Positions 1 through 13,979 of a stretch of DNA of 56,619 nucleotides are shown here, one piece after another; the stretch's first letter is position 1, and every line of letters starts with the position of its first letter. The notes under the pieces were generated by a model, which saw nothing but the letters and a program-made list of their open reading frames with translations, ran no database searches and had not been told where the DNA came from. The position numbers and the translations under genes were made by a program. Source of the stretch: Macrostomum lignano (Eukaryota); the NCBI GenBank assembly GCA_002269645.1, contig NIVC01004176.1, forward strand, positions 1-56,619, in the 5' to 3' direction.

Positions 1-232
1 ACTGTCACCAATTTGACTGTCACCAATTTGACTGTCACCAATTTACTGTCACCAACTGTTTTAACTGTCACAAATTTGACACCAATTCTGTCACCAATTT
101 AACTGTCACAATTTAACTGTCACCAATTTAACTGTCACCAATTTGACTCTCACTAAGTTGAATGTCACGAATTTGATTGTCACGAATTTGATTGTCACCA
201 ATCTGACAGTCACCAATTTGACAGTCACCAAT
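1..232. repeat. Degenerate 14-15 bp tandem repeat (ACTGTCACCAATTT[G/A])
   Basis: Unit read directly from the sequence; it produces the spurious TVTNL ORF at 143..331. Confidence 0.9.
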
Positions 233-441
233 GAATTACATTCGCCAATGGCTCGGCATCAACACATCCAGCCTCTTATAAATATTATTGCTGCTTCGAC
301 TGCTTTCAGAACCCTGATTCTCAGGAGGTGAGGCTGCAGTTTTTGTTTCGAAAGGTACTTGAAAGTGCCACAGTACGCTCGTGTGATGATGGGGTTTAGG
401 CTGTGACAGAGTCTCTCACCAACCGCCGCTTCTCCATACAG

Positions 442-2891
442 CAATGGTTCGATTCGCGTTGCCGTGGCATGGCAAGTTCAACTCGACTTTTGACGATATT
501 GAGGTCATCCATGTGGCACCCGGTAAACTTTGGCAACCCGAAGCGACAACAAACTCTGAGTGAGTTGCGAGGAACACTGAGCACTCGTGCCCACAGATAC
601 TAAAATATCGAGATGAGCCACTCAGGCATACATGCTTAGTAAAACAGCTTTCTACTTTCAGTTCAGTAGCAAAGAAGAATACATAAGCTATTTTAAAGGC
701 AGCTGAAATGATTTGATAAGTTTAGAAGCCAGCGTAATCCAGGCGTGCACAGACATGCATAGATGCAGGCGTAAACAACTTGCTAATTGGTTCAGCAATA
801 ATGTACATTAGCCAGTAAACTGAAATGTACATGGCAACTTTAGGCTGGAATTCCGAGAAAGGCAATAAAAATTGGAGGGGCGGGTCGGGGTAGTGTGGAT
901 AGGCGCGGTGGGGGTTTAGGCTTGGGGTAAGAGTCAATAAATGAGCCCTGGCTTTAAAAATTCATTAAAAGCTTCAATTTAACTCACTACTGAACTGAAA
1001 GTAGTTTACACGCAAAACGCAATGTGCTGATGGGCCCATCCAGTTATTCTAGTATCTGCGCTCGTGCCAGGAAAACCTTGAGAATAATTTCGATGCCATA
1101 ATTGTTTCACTACGCAGGATGGAGCGGAAGGAGGTGGCGCCGAACCAGACGCCAGCTCGAATCGTGAGCGATGGGGCGGTCTATCACAGCAAGATGCTGC
1201 ACGCCACTTTCAAAAGTCAGATGGAAATGCTTTTCTTCCGCGTTCGAAAGTCAGAAATGCGGCCTGATCTTCAGCCCCCAGATGCAGAGCAGGTATGTAA
1301 CATCGCTCAAGGTGGCTTCATTCCCAGATAACGGACCTTGAACCTACCTGACCAAGAGCAGCGAGTTTTGCGTACCGAAAATAATTATAGAAGAGCGTGT
1401 CCTTGGTGACGGCTTTGAATCGGTTGACACGATCATCTTTGCACTCAAATTTCAAGTAAGTTGTATTGAAACAACCTTTTCCGTCCAGGTCAAGAGGTCA
1501 AGAAGGCAAGAGGCCAAGAGGGCAAGAGGTCAAGAAGGCAAGAGTAAGAGGCAAGACGTCAGAAGGTCAAGAGGGCAAGAGATCAAGAGGGCAATAGGTC
1601 AAGAGGCAAGGGCAAGAGGGCAAAAGGTCAAGATTTAAAGAAGGCAAGAAGTCAGGAGGTCAGGAGGGCAAGAGGGCAAGAGGTCAAGTGGGCAAGAGGT
1701 CAAGAGGAAGAGGTCAAGAGGGCAAGAGGGCAAGAGGTCAAGAGGGCGAGACGTCAGAAGGTCAAGAGGGCAAGAGATCAAGAGGGCAATAGGTCAAGAG
1801 GGCAAGGGCAAGAGGGCAAAAGGTCAAGATTTAAAGAAGCAAGAAGTCAGGAGGTCAGGAGGGCAAGAGGGCAAGAGGTCAAGTGGGCAAGAGGTCAAGA
1901 GGGCAAGAGGTCAAGAGGGCAAGAGGGCAAGGGGTCAAGAGGGCGAGACGTCAGAAGGTCAAGAGGGCAAGAGATCAAGAGGGCAATAGGTCAAGAGGGC
2001 AAGGGCAAGAGGGCAAGAGGGCAAGCGGTCAAGAGGTAAAGAAGGCAAGAAGTCAAGAGGTCAGGAGGGCAAGACATGTCGAATCAGGCATGCCCGACAT
2101 CTGACTGCCAAAAACTCAGGTAATGGGTTTTGATTAGGGTCGGTGTTAGATGGTTGGCAGTCAAACTGGGACAGTCAAATGTCCTGGGCCCGTCGAATAG
2201 ACAGCTGCAAAAACGCTATCGCCTCGCATCCAGTAGGCAACAGTACCGCCTCCTTTTCAGAGACGGCCAGCCTTCTACGTAACCAATCTTCTTTTTCCCA
2301 GCATCCTTCTCCTCGCCATCTCTGCTCTCGCATTCCGCCTGCCGCCGGAGTGCGGCGAGCGAGTGTCGTTCAGCGTCACCATCTTGCTGTCCATGTGCGT
2401 GTTCCTGCAGCTGGCTGGCGACTACACGCCTGCTCAGAGCGAGTCCGTGCCGCTCACCAGTGAGCATCACGATGCTTCCACTTCGCACACGCGGCGCATA
2501 GAAGCGCATTTTAATGGCGTTTTATTCTGTTTCAGCCTGGTACTTCAGCACCGCAGTGGTGACTACAATGCTAAACGTGCTCTGCAACGTATTCGTGCTC
2601 AGTTGCCACGCCAAGCAGCTCGTCGGCAACGGTCGCTGCGACCGGCTGATCCGGGCGCTCTTTCTTAACCGGCTTGTCGCTGGAAGAAGAGATCGCAGCA
2701 GGTGGCTGCAAGCGCTGCTGATCAGCTGACTGACGTTTCCGACAACCCAAGGGGCCGATAAAGTCTTCTTCTATGCTTATGCAGTTGCCACGGTGATTCC
2801 GGCTCTAGCAATCAGCGCTCTTTATGCCACTACCAATGAGACCGAGTGTGTTGAAGGACTCTATGGCTCTTTGGTGGATGTGATCGACTGA
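442..2891 (+). CDS. Cys-loop ligand-gated ion channel, nicotinic acetylcholine receptor-like subunit (5' exons not in window; several lesions, possibly a pseudogene)
   Basis: GT-AG exons at about 442-559, 1118-1292, 1328-1455, 2261-2459 and 2536-2891 give QWFDSRLPW..FDDIEVIHVAPGKLWQPE, a Cys-loop-like (S)QMEMLFFPFESQKC, FALKFQ|RRPAFYVTNLLFPSILLLAISALAFRLPPECGERVSFSVTILLSMCVFLQL (M1-M2), WYFSTAVVTTMLNVLCNVFVLSCH (M3) and ADKVFFYAYAVATVIPALAISALY (M4). Needs about 3 frameshift corrections and has an in-frame TGA at 2727-2729. Confidence 0.8.
592..1060. mobile_element. Non-autonomous P-element-like DNA transposon (469 bp) in an intron of the Cys-loop gene
   Basis: Termini CACAGATAC...GTATCTGCG; 8-bp direct repeat CTCGTGCC at 584-591 and 1061-1068; both ends match the ends of the 9145..11488 element in inverted orientation. 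Confidence 0.85.
1488..2075. repeat. Purine-rich low-complexity repeat (GGTCAAGAG/GGCAAGAG) with larger internal duplications, intronic
   Basis: Read directly from the sequence. Confidence 0.9.
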
Positions 2892-3681
2892 CTGTGCAGC
2901 ATCGCACCTTCAGGCTTATTGATTGACTAACGAGTAAATTGATACGGCACTGCAACACATCAAGACGAAACCTGAGCAAACTATACGAATAATCTGGTTA
3001 AGGTGAAAACAATATCAACAGGATACTGGTAGCATCTCGAAACAATTCTCAAACTTTGCATGAAACGAGTAATAAGAATACTCAGCATAGCATCGCAGCT
3101 GTACATCCTGTGTGAGCGTGTGTATGATTGCGTGCCTACGTACTGTATCTGTATGTGCTCAGCGGAATGGGTTGTGGGACCATATCGCACAAAACTTTGC
3201 CCCAAGACGCCGACAGCCTTCTGGCAATTGCAATTATCAATATTATTATTATTATAACCTCGTAAAAGCCAAAAAAACTTCAACAAGTATCAAATTCTCC
3301 TGTATTCATTAGACTGATTAATTGTGTAGTGACTGCTTGTTGCGTACACCTTTCTTGTTACGTCTATCTATCTCTATTTTCTTTTGAACTGCCATCAGTT
3401 ATCGACTTTATACCGAAACACTTATTTGCGTTCAATAAGGTTTCAAACCTACTTTCTAATTAAGTGCTGCTTTCTAAATGAATAATTAATAATTTATTTA
3501 GCAAATAAAGTCTTCTGCTACTTTCATATCATTACCCCTCTAGCACAAGTGTACTGAGTAGTCTCTTTCATTAATAATTAACCTTGAAAGTTGTATAATA
3601 AGTAACTAAATTCATGATAAATTTTGTAAGGAAGTAGTCATATAGTAAGCATAACTATGCATATCCACGCGAGTGGCTGCT

Positions 3682-6600
3682 TCACGGCTTGGCGTTGGCG
3701 TCGGCGGTGATCACCCTCAGCAGCGGGCTGCCGTTCTGCGCCTGGCAGCTGCAGTGGCCGAACAGGGCGCCGCGGTCGTCGTGGCACTTGAAGTTGGCGC
3801 TGCTGGAGGTGCCGTAGCACCGGTTCTCAGAGCCGGGGCACTCTGCAGAGAGATAGAGACTTGGTCACGCTCATTCGCTTTTCAGCTACTGATAGAAAGT
3901 TTGAACAAGTAGTATCTTACCTTGAGCAGTGGGCTTGAACACTTCCGTCTGAGAGGTTGGCCGCTTGCAGACGAAGGTGGCGCACTCGGACTTCCAGGTC
4001 TCACCCTCGTAGTACTGGTTGCCGTTGATGGGGTCGGTGCAGATCACCTCTGCGGGTTGGGATATAGCGCGCATGCGTGTATATTAACCAAGGAAAAAGA
4101 TCACGGAAATCATGTACAGTAAGGACAGTGCAGCTCAATTTGAGCAATCTGTGTTTGGTCGTTAATTTTTTCTTGCAAAATGCATTCTATCTACTTTCAT
4201 TTAGGCCTATGAGTTCGTAGGGCTTTCTAGCTTTCGAAAAGGCACTTGGAGAGGCTCGATGGGACTGTCAAGTAAAACCTGCGATCTGTTAAACTGAATA
4301 TTGCCAACGCCCTAGTTTCTAGCTATATTAGAGACGGCTACTATTTTCTCCAAAGAGAATGTCAGCCGTGCCATCCGCAAATCCCGTCCAACCGAAGCCA
4401 TTGGCCCGGACGGCCTTCGCCCTTACTTCTCTAGCACTTTGGACCCAAAGTTTTGCAGGCGCTCACTCGGCTGGTTCACAGTAACTGAACCGGATCCCAG
4501 AGTCCGCTTCTGAAGGCCAACAAAGATCCACTCAATGGCAAACCCTATCGCCTCCGTCTCCTTCGTCTGCCCTGCAGCTAAAAGCCTAGATCGTTTACTG
4601 CTCCCAGGCTAGTAATTGTGAGGAGCTTCTGTCGGACGAAACCTCCGCAACCGGTTTACAGGGTTTACAGCAAGCATTTGACACTGTCGACCACTGTGAG
4701 TTGCTACAAGACCTGCAAAGTCCTGCCACTCCAGCCTGGCTCACTTAATGGGTGGTCAACTACATCTGCGGCCGTCCGGCACGGACTAACTTCAGGGCAG
4801 CGACATCTCGTTGGCGCTCTGTACATTTACACATGCATATATGGATGTCCCTCAGGGGCACCTGCATCAGCCCTTTGCTGTTTGCGCAGCTTTTGCGCAG
4901 GTCTAAATGCCAAAACTAAGTGAGCGAATTAGCCATGCACTGTTACAACGGGAAAATGTCGGCGGGCAAAATTCCGACGGCCAGACAAATGCATCCCGAG
5001 GAAAAAGAGAGGAAAGCATATTACGAGCTACAAAGCCTAGCCAAAGCTAAAGCACACACATTTTAACCAAGCTACTAAACTTTCGCAAGCAAGCTGTTAA
5101 AAGTTTTGCCTGTCCGGTGAGGTTCTTGAGTCAATGGTTGGCCCTTCCCCCCCCCCCCCCCTATCAAGCCGCTCGCTTTGTGTTCCACCCCAATTCAGTG
5201 CATGAGAGGCGAGAGATCAACATGGAAACTCACTGCAAGGCGAGATGGTGCGCGACACAATCTTCTTGTTGCAGCGGCCCTGAGCATCGAACTCGTACTT
5301 GATCTCGGTCACCTTCTGCAGGCTGTTGAAGCAAGTCGACACCACCCGCTTGGGCGGCAGGTCGCACAGGCTCGGATCTGGCGGGGTGATGCTCTCGCAG
5401 GTCTCCTCCGAGATCTTGGCGGCCCAGTCCATCAGCTTGTTGAAGTCCGTAGCGTAGAAGAGGTGGTCGGAGAGCGGCGGGGTCGCGATAGCCTGCAGCT
5501 CCTCTCTGGAGCGAAATGATTGATAAGTCGTGAGTTATATCTCAGGACCATTCTATCCGGAAAGCCAGATTAAAACTCTTATTCTGAGGTTACACAAAGA
5601 ACTACTAGGGGTCCTTGGCACGCATCCAAGATTCCATTTCGTCTTCTGCTATATGTTAGCATGAAGCATGGCTAGTTATGGACGACGAGAAAATCGGCTT
5701 TGATATAGGGGCATAATGTGGGGGCCGCAAGCAACCGCCAGCAATTAGGCTATTGCGAGCCACTGAACCTGTGTGTCCGCGCGCGTGTGTATATGATAAA
5801 CGTATGGATGAGCAATAAATTTACGAACATGGTGAGCATGTTTTTGGCTACAATTACCACACGAAGAATCGGATACTGAAAGCAAGAATGCAACAAAAGA
5901 CATTTTACGAGCCATACCGCACAAGTTCCCGATGGGAAAAGGTGGGATTGTATGCTCACCTCTTGAGGTCCTTGCCTACGCCAATCACAACGATGGTTGT
6001 GCCTTCGCTCTCCAGTTTAGCCGCCTCGCTGATGGCATTGGCGCCGCGGTTGCTCTCACCGTCGGTCATGAGGATGGCCATGCGGGACACGCCGGGACGG
6101 GAGAGCCGGCCGAGCTCTGTGCGAGCCTTGGCGATGCCGTCGCCGGTGTTCGTCCACTGATTGACGCGCCTCTGCAGGGCCAGGATGCGCTGCAGCAGCT
6201 GCGGCTTGGAGCCAATTGAGCCCAGTGGGATGTCGTTCCACACGTTGGTGCCGAACACGATGACGCCGATGTGGATGGCGCCGGGACCGACCTTCATGTT
6301 GCTGACCATGCGGTGGACGAAGTTCACCTGCAGTCGCCAGTTCTGGTCATTGATGGAGCCGGAGCTGTCCAGGATGAACATGATCTCGGCCACCGGCTCC
6401 TTGCACTCTTCGATGGCGTCTGCGGGCGAGTTGGAGCTAAGATTTTAATGAGAGGTGTGGATGACTGTACGTATATCACGGCAGATAGCAACTGATTGCG
6501 AATTTCGTCAGAGGAGCTCACCATCCAGCTATGGCTGGATGGTGGCGCAAAGGTTTCTATCCTTCAGCAGGCACTCACTGCAGTCGGTCTCCTGCACGGA

Positions 6601-8401
6601 TCGCCGGAGGACGCACTTCTGCTGCTTGACGTCATAGTCCTCCCAGGTGGTGACAATCTTGCGAACGCCGTTCACGCAGTCCTCAATTGTCACATCCACA
6701 TCCTTGCAAAGGTGAGAGTTGCCTGTGGAAAGGGGCCGGGCATTTAAAATGGATAATACGAGAATAATGACCAAAAATACTGTTTGGTAGCTAATACGAA
6801 GTAATAATATATAATAATTGATTACACCTGCCCCAATGGGCAGATGTGCAACCGACAGCTCAGCCGCAGCTATTGCGCGGCGCATTTGAAGGCTGCGTAC
6901 GGCTATTCAGTCCAAGGACTGGGGGGTCACCACCCAAAACCTCAATTCTTTAGCTATCATTGCTGTTCACTCACCGCAGTACTTGTACTCGTAGGTGATG
7001 GCCTTCTCGCAGCGCTTCAGAGCTTTGTTGTGCGTCTTTTTGACGTTCACGATTCGCTGGGTGCCGCTGAAGCACTGGCCAGGGAAGCTCTCCTCGCCGA
7101 GGTCGTCGCAGCGCACGCTGCAGATGTCCTTCACCATGTTGTCCACCAGAGCCTTCAGACCGTCGAAGTCGTGGATCATGGAGTAGTCATCTGAGCCGGC
7201 GATGGCCACCAGTTCGTCTCTTTGGGGTCGGGGAGGTGACGAGTTGAAGGGCTGGATTGGAACCCATCCAGTTTCACACCAGTCCCAATCCGTCCCAATC
7301 CTACAGTCCCACTTAAGTCCAATTCCCAGTGATGCCAGCACTCACTTCAGCCAGATGTCACCAATGCCGATGGCGTGAATGCGGACACCGGCGTTGCGCA
7401 GCTCCTCGGACTCGGAGCGCACCAGCGCGATGGCCTCGGCCCTGCTGCCCGGGTAGTTCGCCCGGCCGTCGGTGACCACCACGAGCAGCTTGGATGCTCC
7501 GGAACGGGACTTGGAGAAGACGGTGCGGCGCGCCGTCTGCATGGCGGAGCCAGTGGCGGTGAAGCCGCGATAGTACGGGATGGCCTCGATGCCGTTCTTG
7601 AAGCTCTGCAGATCGTTGGCATCGCCGAGGTCGACCTCCACCTGGTGCGGGGATTTGGATCAAATAAATCGACTTAAGGCGATTATTGATTAAGGACACA
7701 GACCCGAAAGCCAGTGCTGAAGAAGAAGCAATGAATATTCTTTATGATCGATTCCAATCGGAATTATGAGTTATGGATCGTCTGAATTACAGGCATGACC
7801 CTATGTTTAACATGTCCTTATGACCAATCCACATGACCAGCCCCTATGACCAATCTCCATGACGTGGCCAGTATCTATGACCAATATCTTGACCAGTATC
7901 TATGATCAGTATTTATGACTCGTATCTATGTATAGCATCTACGACCAGTATTTATGACTAGTATTTATTTATAACCCGTATCTATGAACAGTATCTATGA
8001 CCAGTCTCTCTGACCAGTCTCTCTGGCCAGTATTTATGACCAATGCCCAGTACCAATGAGTATAAAACTCTGGCATGACCAGTGGTAGCAGCCAGTCTCA
8101 ATGAGCTATGAAATCCCCCGCCTACAAGTTGAGCAGCTGGTCTCACCTTGACATTGGTGGAGAAGCTGATGACGGCCGGCCTTGTTGCGGTCTCAGCAAT
8201 CGGCAGGTGCTCGGCCATCGCCTGCAGGAATTTCTTCAAGTTGGCGAAGTCAGTCCGGGTCAGCGAGGAGGACACGTCGATGGCGAAGACGATCTCCAGC
8301 GGGCTGGGCTTGCAGGTCACGGAGCCGGCGGCCACCGGCTGCGGCGGGCAGACGGCGAGCAGCACGGCCAAGGCCGCCAGGAACGCCAGTCTGGTTGCCA
8401 T
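3682..8401 (-). CDS. Secreted two-VWA-domain protein with three 4-Cys modules and a C-terminal Cys-rich (VWC-like) region, about 650 aa, 8 exons
   Basis: Phase-compatible GT-AG exons 8401-8147, 7641-7346, 7219-6975, 6722-6579, 6419-5960, 5505-5234, 4049-3921 and 3842-3682. Signal peptide MATRLAFLAALAVLLAVCPPQPVAAG. MIDAS motifs FAIDVSSS...VVVTDG and FILDSSGS...ILMTDG. Confidence 0.85.
4330..4900 (+). mobile_element. Degenerate non-LTR retrotransposon reverse-transcriptase fragment, intronic
   Basis: Broken-frame motifs AIRKSRPTEAIGPDGL, LKANKDP..GKPYR..SF.CPAAKSLDRLLLP resemble LINE RT domains 0-2; many stops and frameshifts. Boundaries approximate. Confidence 0.6.
6805..6935 (-). mobile_element. 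5'-truncated copy (3' end) of the SINE at 55380..55660
   Basis: ACACCTGCCC.AATG.GCAGATGTGCAACCGACAGCTCAGCCGCAGCT...GAAGGCTGC.TACGGCT.TTCAGTCCA.G.ACTGGGGGTC.CCAC is shared with 55400-55500 in the same orientation, next to an (AAT)n-like tract. Confidence 0.75.
7790..8080. repeat. Degenerate ATGACCAGTATCT-type tandem repeat in VWA gene intron 1
   Basis: Read directly from the sequence. Confidence 0.7.
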
Positions 8402-9144
8402 GCTCAGTAGTTGCTAGGCAGAACAGAAGAAGACAATGAGAAAGAAAAGGCTCTGGGAGACTCTCGGGTTTCGAACTGAATTAGAGTGCCCTGCATTTTA
8501 ATGCCAGAATTTTGTGCGCGCTATCTGCTGCTCTATCACCTGCCCGGGCCTTATCGGTAGTAGTGCTGTTGCCATAGCAACCAATTGGCCAAGCGACAGG
8601 TGCCATGGAGTCGGGCGGCAAGACGTCAACAAGCGGTGTTTCAGGTATTCATTACTGCGAAAGATAAGCACTGATACACCTGCAATTATCTGTAGTCTTG
8701 AGACCCGCCCAGAGCCGAACTGTGCTGCTCAGTTGATTGGGAAAAAACATTTCTGAGCAATAAAATGTTAAACTGTCGCCTCGTAAATTCTCGGGGTTCA
8801 TGACGGCAGGAATTGAGCCACTCAGCTGTGACAGCCCTATTCGCTGTTTCGCTAACCTTATCGGCAAATGTCTCAAGCACCCAAACGAGCATATCGAAAA
8901 GAGAGAGCTGAGAGTTATAAAAGTCTCGATTAAGCAGGGCAAATGATCTTAAAGTCTTAAACTGAGACAGAAGGTTTGAAGTTTGTGGCGTACTGTCACT
9001 GTTTGGGCTTCATTCTGCTCGGCTTGTACACATTTCTAACATTTAACATTAGAGAGCAACCTTACTATGACTCGGTGGGAACAACTTTGCGGGCAGAAAT
9101 AGGAGTCGCCAAGAGCCCCTGAGTTTGGCACCCTTGCGTTAAAC

Positions 9145-11488
9145 CACATATACTAGAATAACTGGATGGGCCACTCAGCACATTTGCGTGTAAACTACTT
9201 TCAGTTCAGTAGTAAGTTAAACTGAATCATTTTAATGTATTTTTAAAGCTAAGGCTCATTTATTGACTCTCACCCCAAGCCTAAACCCCCCCCACCGCGC
9301 CTATCCACAGATACTATAAACACTAGATAGGCCACTCCAGCTAATTTTCACAACACGACAGTTTACTCTACTTTCTGCTTAGTAGTAGTAAAAACATTTT
9401 AGCGTTATTTATATTTTTTTAAAATAAAAAAACAGATGAATGCAATGCAGCAATTATATTGATTTTATTTGCAAAAAGAAACTTATAATTATACTTTCTA
9501 CAATTCAAAGCAACGTTGTGAATGCTTTAGATTGCATAGAAGGCTATATTATTGCAGTCAACTATTGTATATTTAGCAAATACGAGCTATATCATATACT
9601 CCATAATCCATATTCGTGTAGCAAAATAGAAAGATTTCTCATCTTAATCAGCTCATCTGTTTATGAAACTCGCAGCGTGCTGTTGAAGAACAGGGTCTCC
9701 AGTCGCCCTTGTTCAGAGGCAGCATTCAGCACGGCCCAACAGATGAAAAAAACTGGCAAATGCGCCACTTCAAGGTCCAGGGATGTATCCGATGGAGAGC
9801 CAATCCTCAGTGGTTTCGTAACAGGCAGCCGATAAGCAGCAGGACTTTTGTGGTGCAGCTGCAATGAGCTGCTGATGAGATGATATCCTTTGACCAGAGC
9901 ACCCCTGACTGCGAGCGCCCTGCCGCCCAGTCGACCGCTGGAAGCTGCGCTAGCCACGCCTCAAAAGTCCATGGATGCACAACTGCGCTGCACTTGCCTT
10001 GACCATCGAGAGTTGCTGCTGCAGCCGCTTGATTTGCCTGTCGCTTTCGGGATTGCTGCTGCAGCCGCTTAATTCGCCTGTCGCTTTCGGGATCGTTGCT
10101 GCAGCCGCTTGATCGTTGCCTCTAGCGCTTGGAACCCGCGAATCGGCTGCAGAGGTGAGAGCTTTCAGCCGCAACAGCTGTTCTCGTCGCAGAATCTTGT
10201 AGCCGAAGGTTGCTCTGCCACAGCACTGGCAGCAGGCAAGTCGCAGGCTCGGCTGCAGATAGATTGCTAATAGGCCCCAGCACTGGAGGGTACATGTCGT
10301 CTGCCTCTTCGTCGTTTATCAGTCCTTTGCACAGAGCTGGTAGCTGGTCTATTTGAACGAGCCGAGGCAGCATCAACTCTTGGTGTGGGATTGCGTCCCA
10401 GCGAAAACAGACGTCTTGCACATCCGTGGCACTTTGTAAGGCAGCAGTAGGCCTCGTCCATAAAGTGCAAGCTGAACACACGTAGGCCCCGTGATTTAAT
10501 TGTTTATAAAGGTCAATAATATCCACGCTCCTGCAGTAGCTGCTACCAGCGCTTCGCCAGTGTCATCTTTTGGTAATTTATGCATTCGCAACGGATTTTC
10601 TTTCTCAGATGTTAATAGCACTAGTACAGAGCTCGTGCAAGTGGGAGCACAGCAGTGGTTCGAATCAAAACATTTCTCGAGTACGAGATTAGATAGAAAA
10701 GCTAGTATGCACTCGAACTTTCTTTAACTCTGAATCTTGTCCTGTTCATCTATATATATAAGCTTGTATTTAAGCACGATTCGCCACCCCCAAATTTTCT
10801 AACCCACAACCTCTAAACCCCCACCCCTAACCCAGGCTAGCTATGTGCAGTCCTTTATTTTCTATCCCACCACCAGTGGGCCTAAATTATCGATCCACTC
10901 ACCCTTCCTTATACGAAACTGATATTAACCCTATTCCAGACTACCCCCCTTTCCTCCACTTTGAAAGATAGCGGCATTGTACACTGTCTGTCGCGTCTTA
11001 ATGTACACCATTACTGCACATAACAAGTTAGTTGTTTATGGCGTTAGCAAAACGATGTCTCAAAACAGTCACTTGATTTGTCTAATTTAGCAAATAATAC
11101 TGTTGCTTCCTTTCATTGCTACTAAGCAGAAAGTAGAATAAAAAACTTGCCCAGAAAATTAGCCTGAGTGGCCTATCTAGTGTTTATAGTATCTGTGCGC
11201 CTATCCACACTACCCCCCACCCCGCCCCGCCCCAAATTTTATTGCCTTTCTCTGAATTCCAGCCTAAATCTGCCATGTACATTTCAGTGGACTGGCCAAT
11301 GTACATTATTGCTGAACCAATTAGCAAGTTGTTTACGCCTACAAGCTTGGGCTTCAAAACTTATCAAATCATTTCAGCTGCCTTTAAAATAGCTTATGTA
11401 TTCTTCTTTGCTACTGAACTGAAAGTAGAAAGCTGTTTTACTAAGTATGTATGCCTGAGTGGCCCATCTCGATATTTGAGAATCTGTG
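9145..11488 (-). mobile_element. Internally deleted P-element-superfamily transposon (2344 bp) with a decayed THAP-transposase 5' region
   Basis: 8-bp TSD CGTTAAAC at 9137-9144 and 11489-11496; imperfect TIRs CACATATACT.../...AGAATCTGTG. Minus-strand frameshifted THAP motifs (CCAPTC, HKLPKDD, YVC-SLHF, DAIP), a coiled-coil segment and LHHKSPAAYRL, similar to the N-terminus of P/THAP9 transposases. Confidence 0.8.
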
Positions 11489-11790
11489 CGTTAAACCAAT
11501 AAATTCCCTATTAATCATAATGCTTCAGTTTATTTCAGACTACTCACATTGCGACCTAAAGTTGCTTTTTGAAAGAACAAACATATTTAGCGCTCTTTTC
11601 TACTTCAACTGCAAGTAAATAAGTACTAGTAGAGTGTAGGTGACATAGCTCATATTTTTATTTATGTAGAATAGAACACACAGCAGTGCTGACATTGAAA
11701 GCCAACAGGGAAAAGCTAAGAAAGTACGAGTAAAATCTAGTAGGGTGCCAGGTTCAGAGCGCGGCATCAGCTGACCAGCCCCAGCAGGGC

Positions 11791-13560
<1,770 letters not shown>

Positions 13561-13979
13561 TCTCACCGGTTTGAAGCAAACCTTGCAGCAGCCAATGAGG
13601 ACTCCAAGCAGTACTGGAGGACAATGAATGGCGTGGCCCAGTCTCTCTAGCTAGCTAGATGTACAGTGCAGCCCTCAGTCCAGTGTCTTTACTTAGCTCT
13701 TCATCAACTCACAGAAAAAGTCCACGCAATTATGACGCTAGCATTATTGGCATAACCATTACTGGATAGAAGACTTTATAGCAGTCTCTCAGTCTGCTAG
13801 TGAGATAATTCTGCTGCATTAGTGGTGGCGCGCACTATTTTACCCAGTCTACCCAGAAATGAATTATTTATGAGTCCTTGACTGGAACAAAGATTTTGCC
13901 TGCAGTATTGAGTTCATTAGACACGACATTGCCCCTAGCCTAACACGGGAGCACTTCCCATGTAGACTAGAGGTACACA

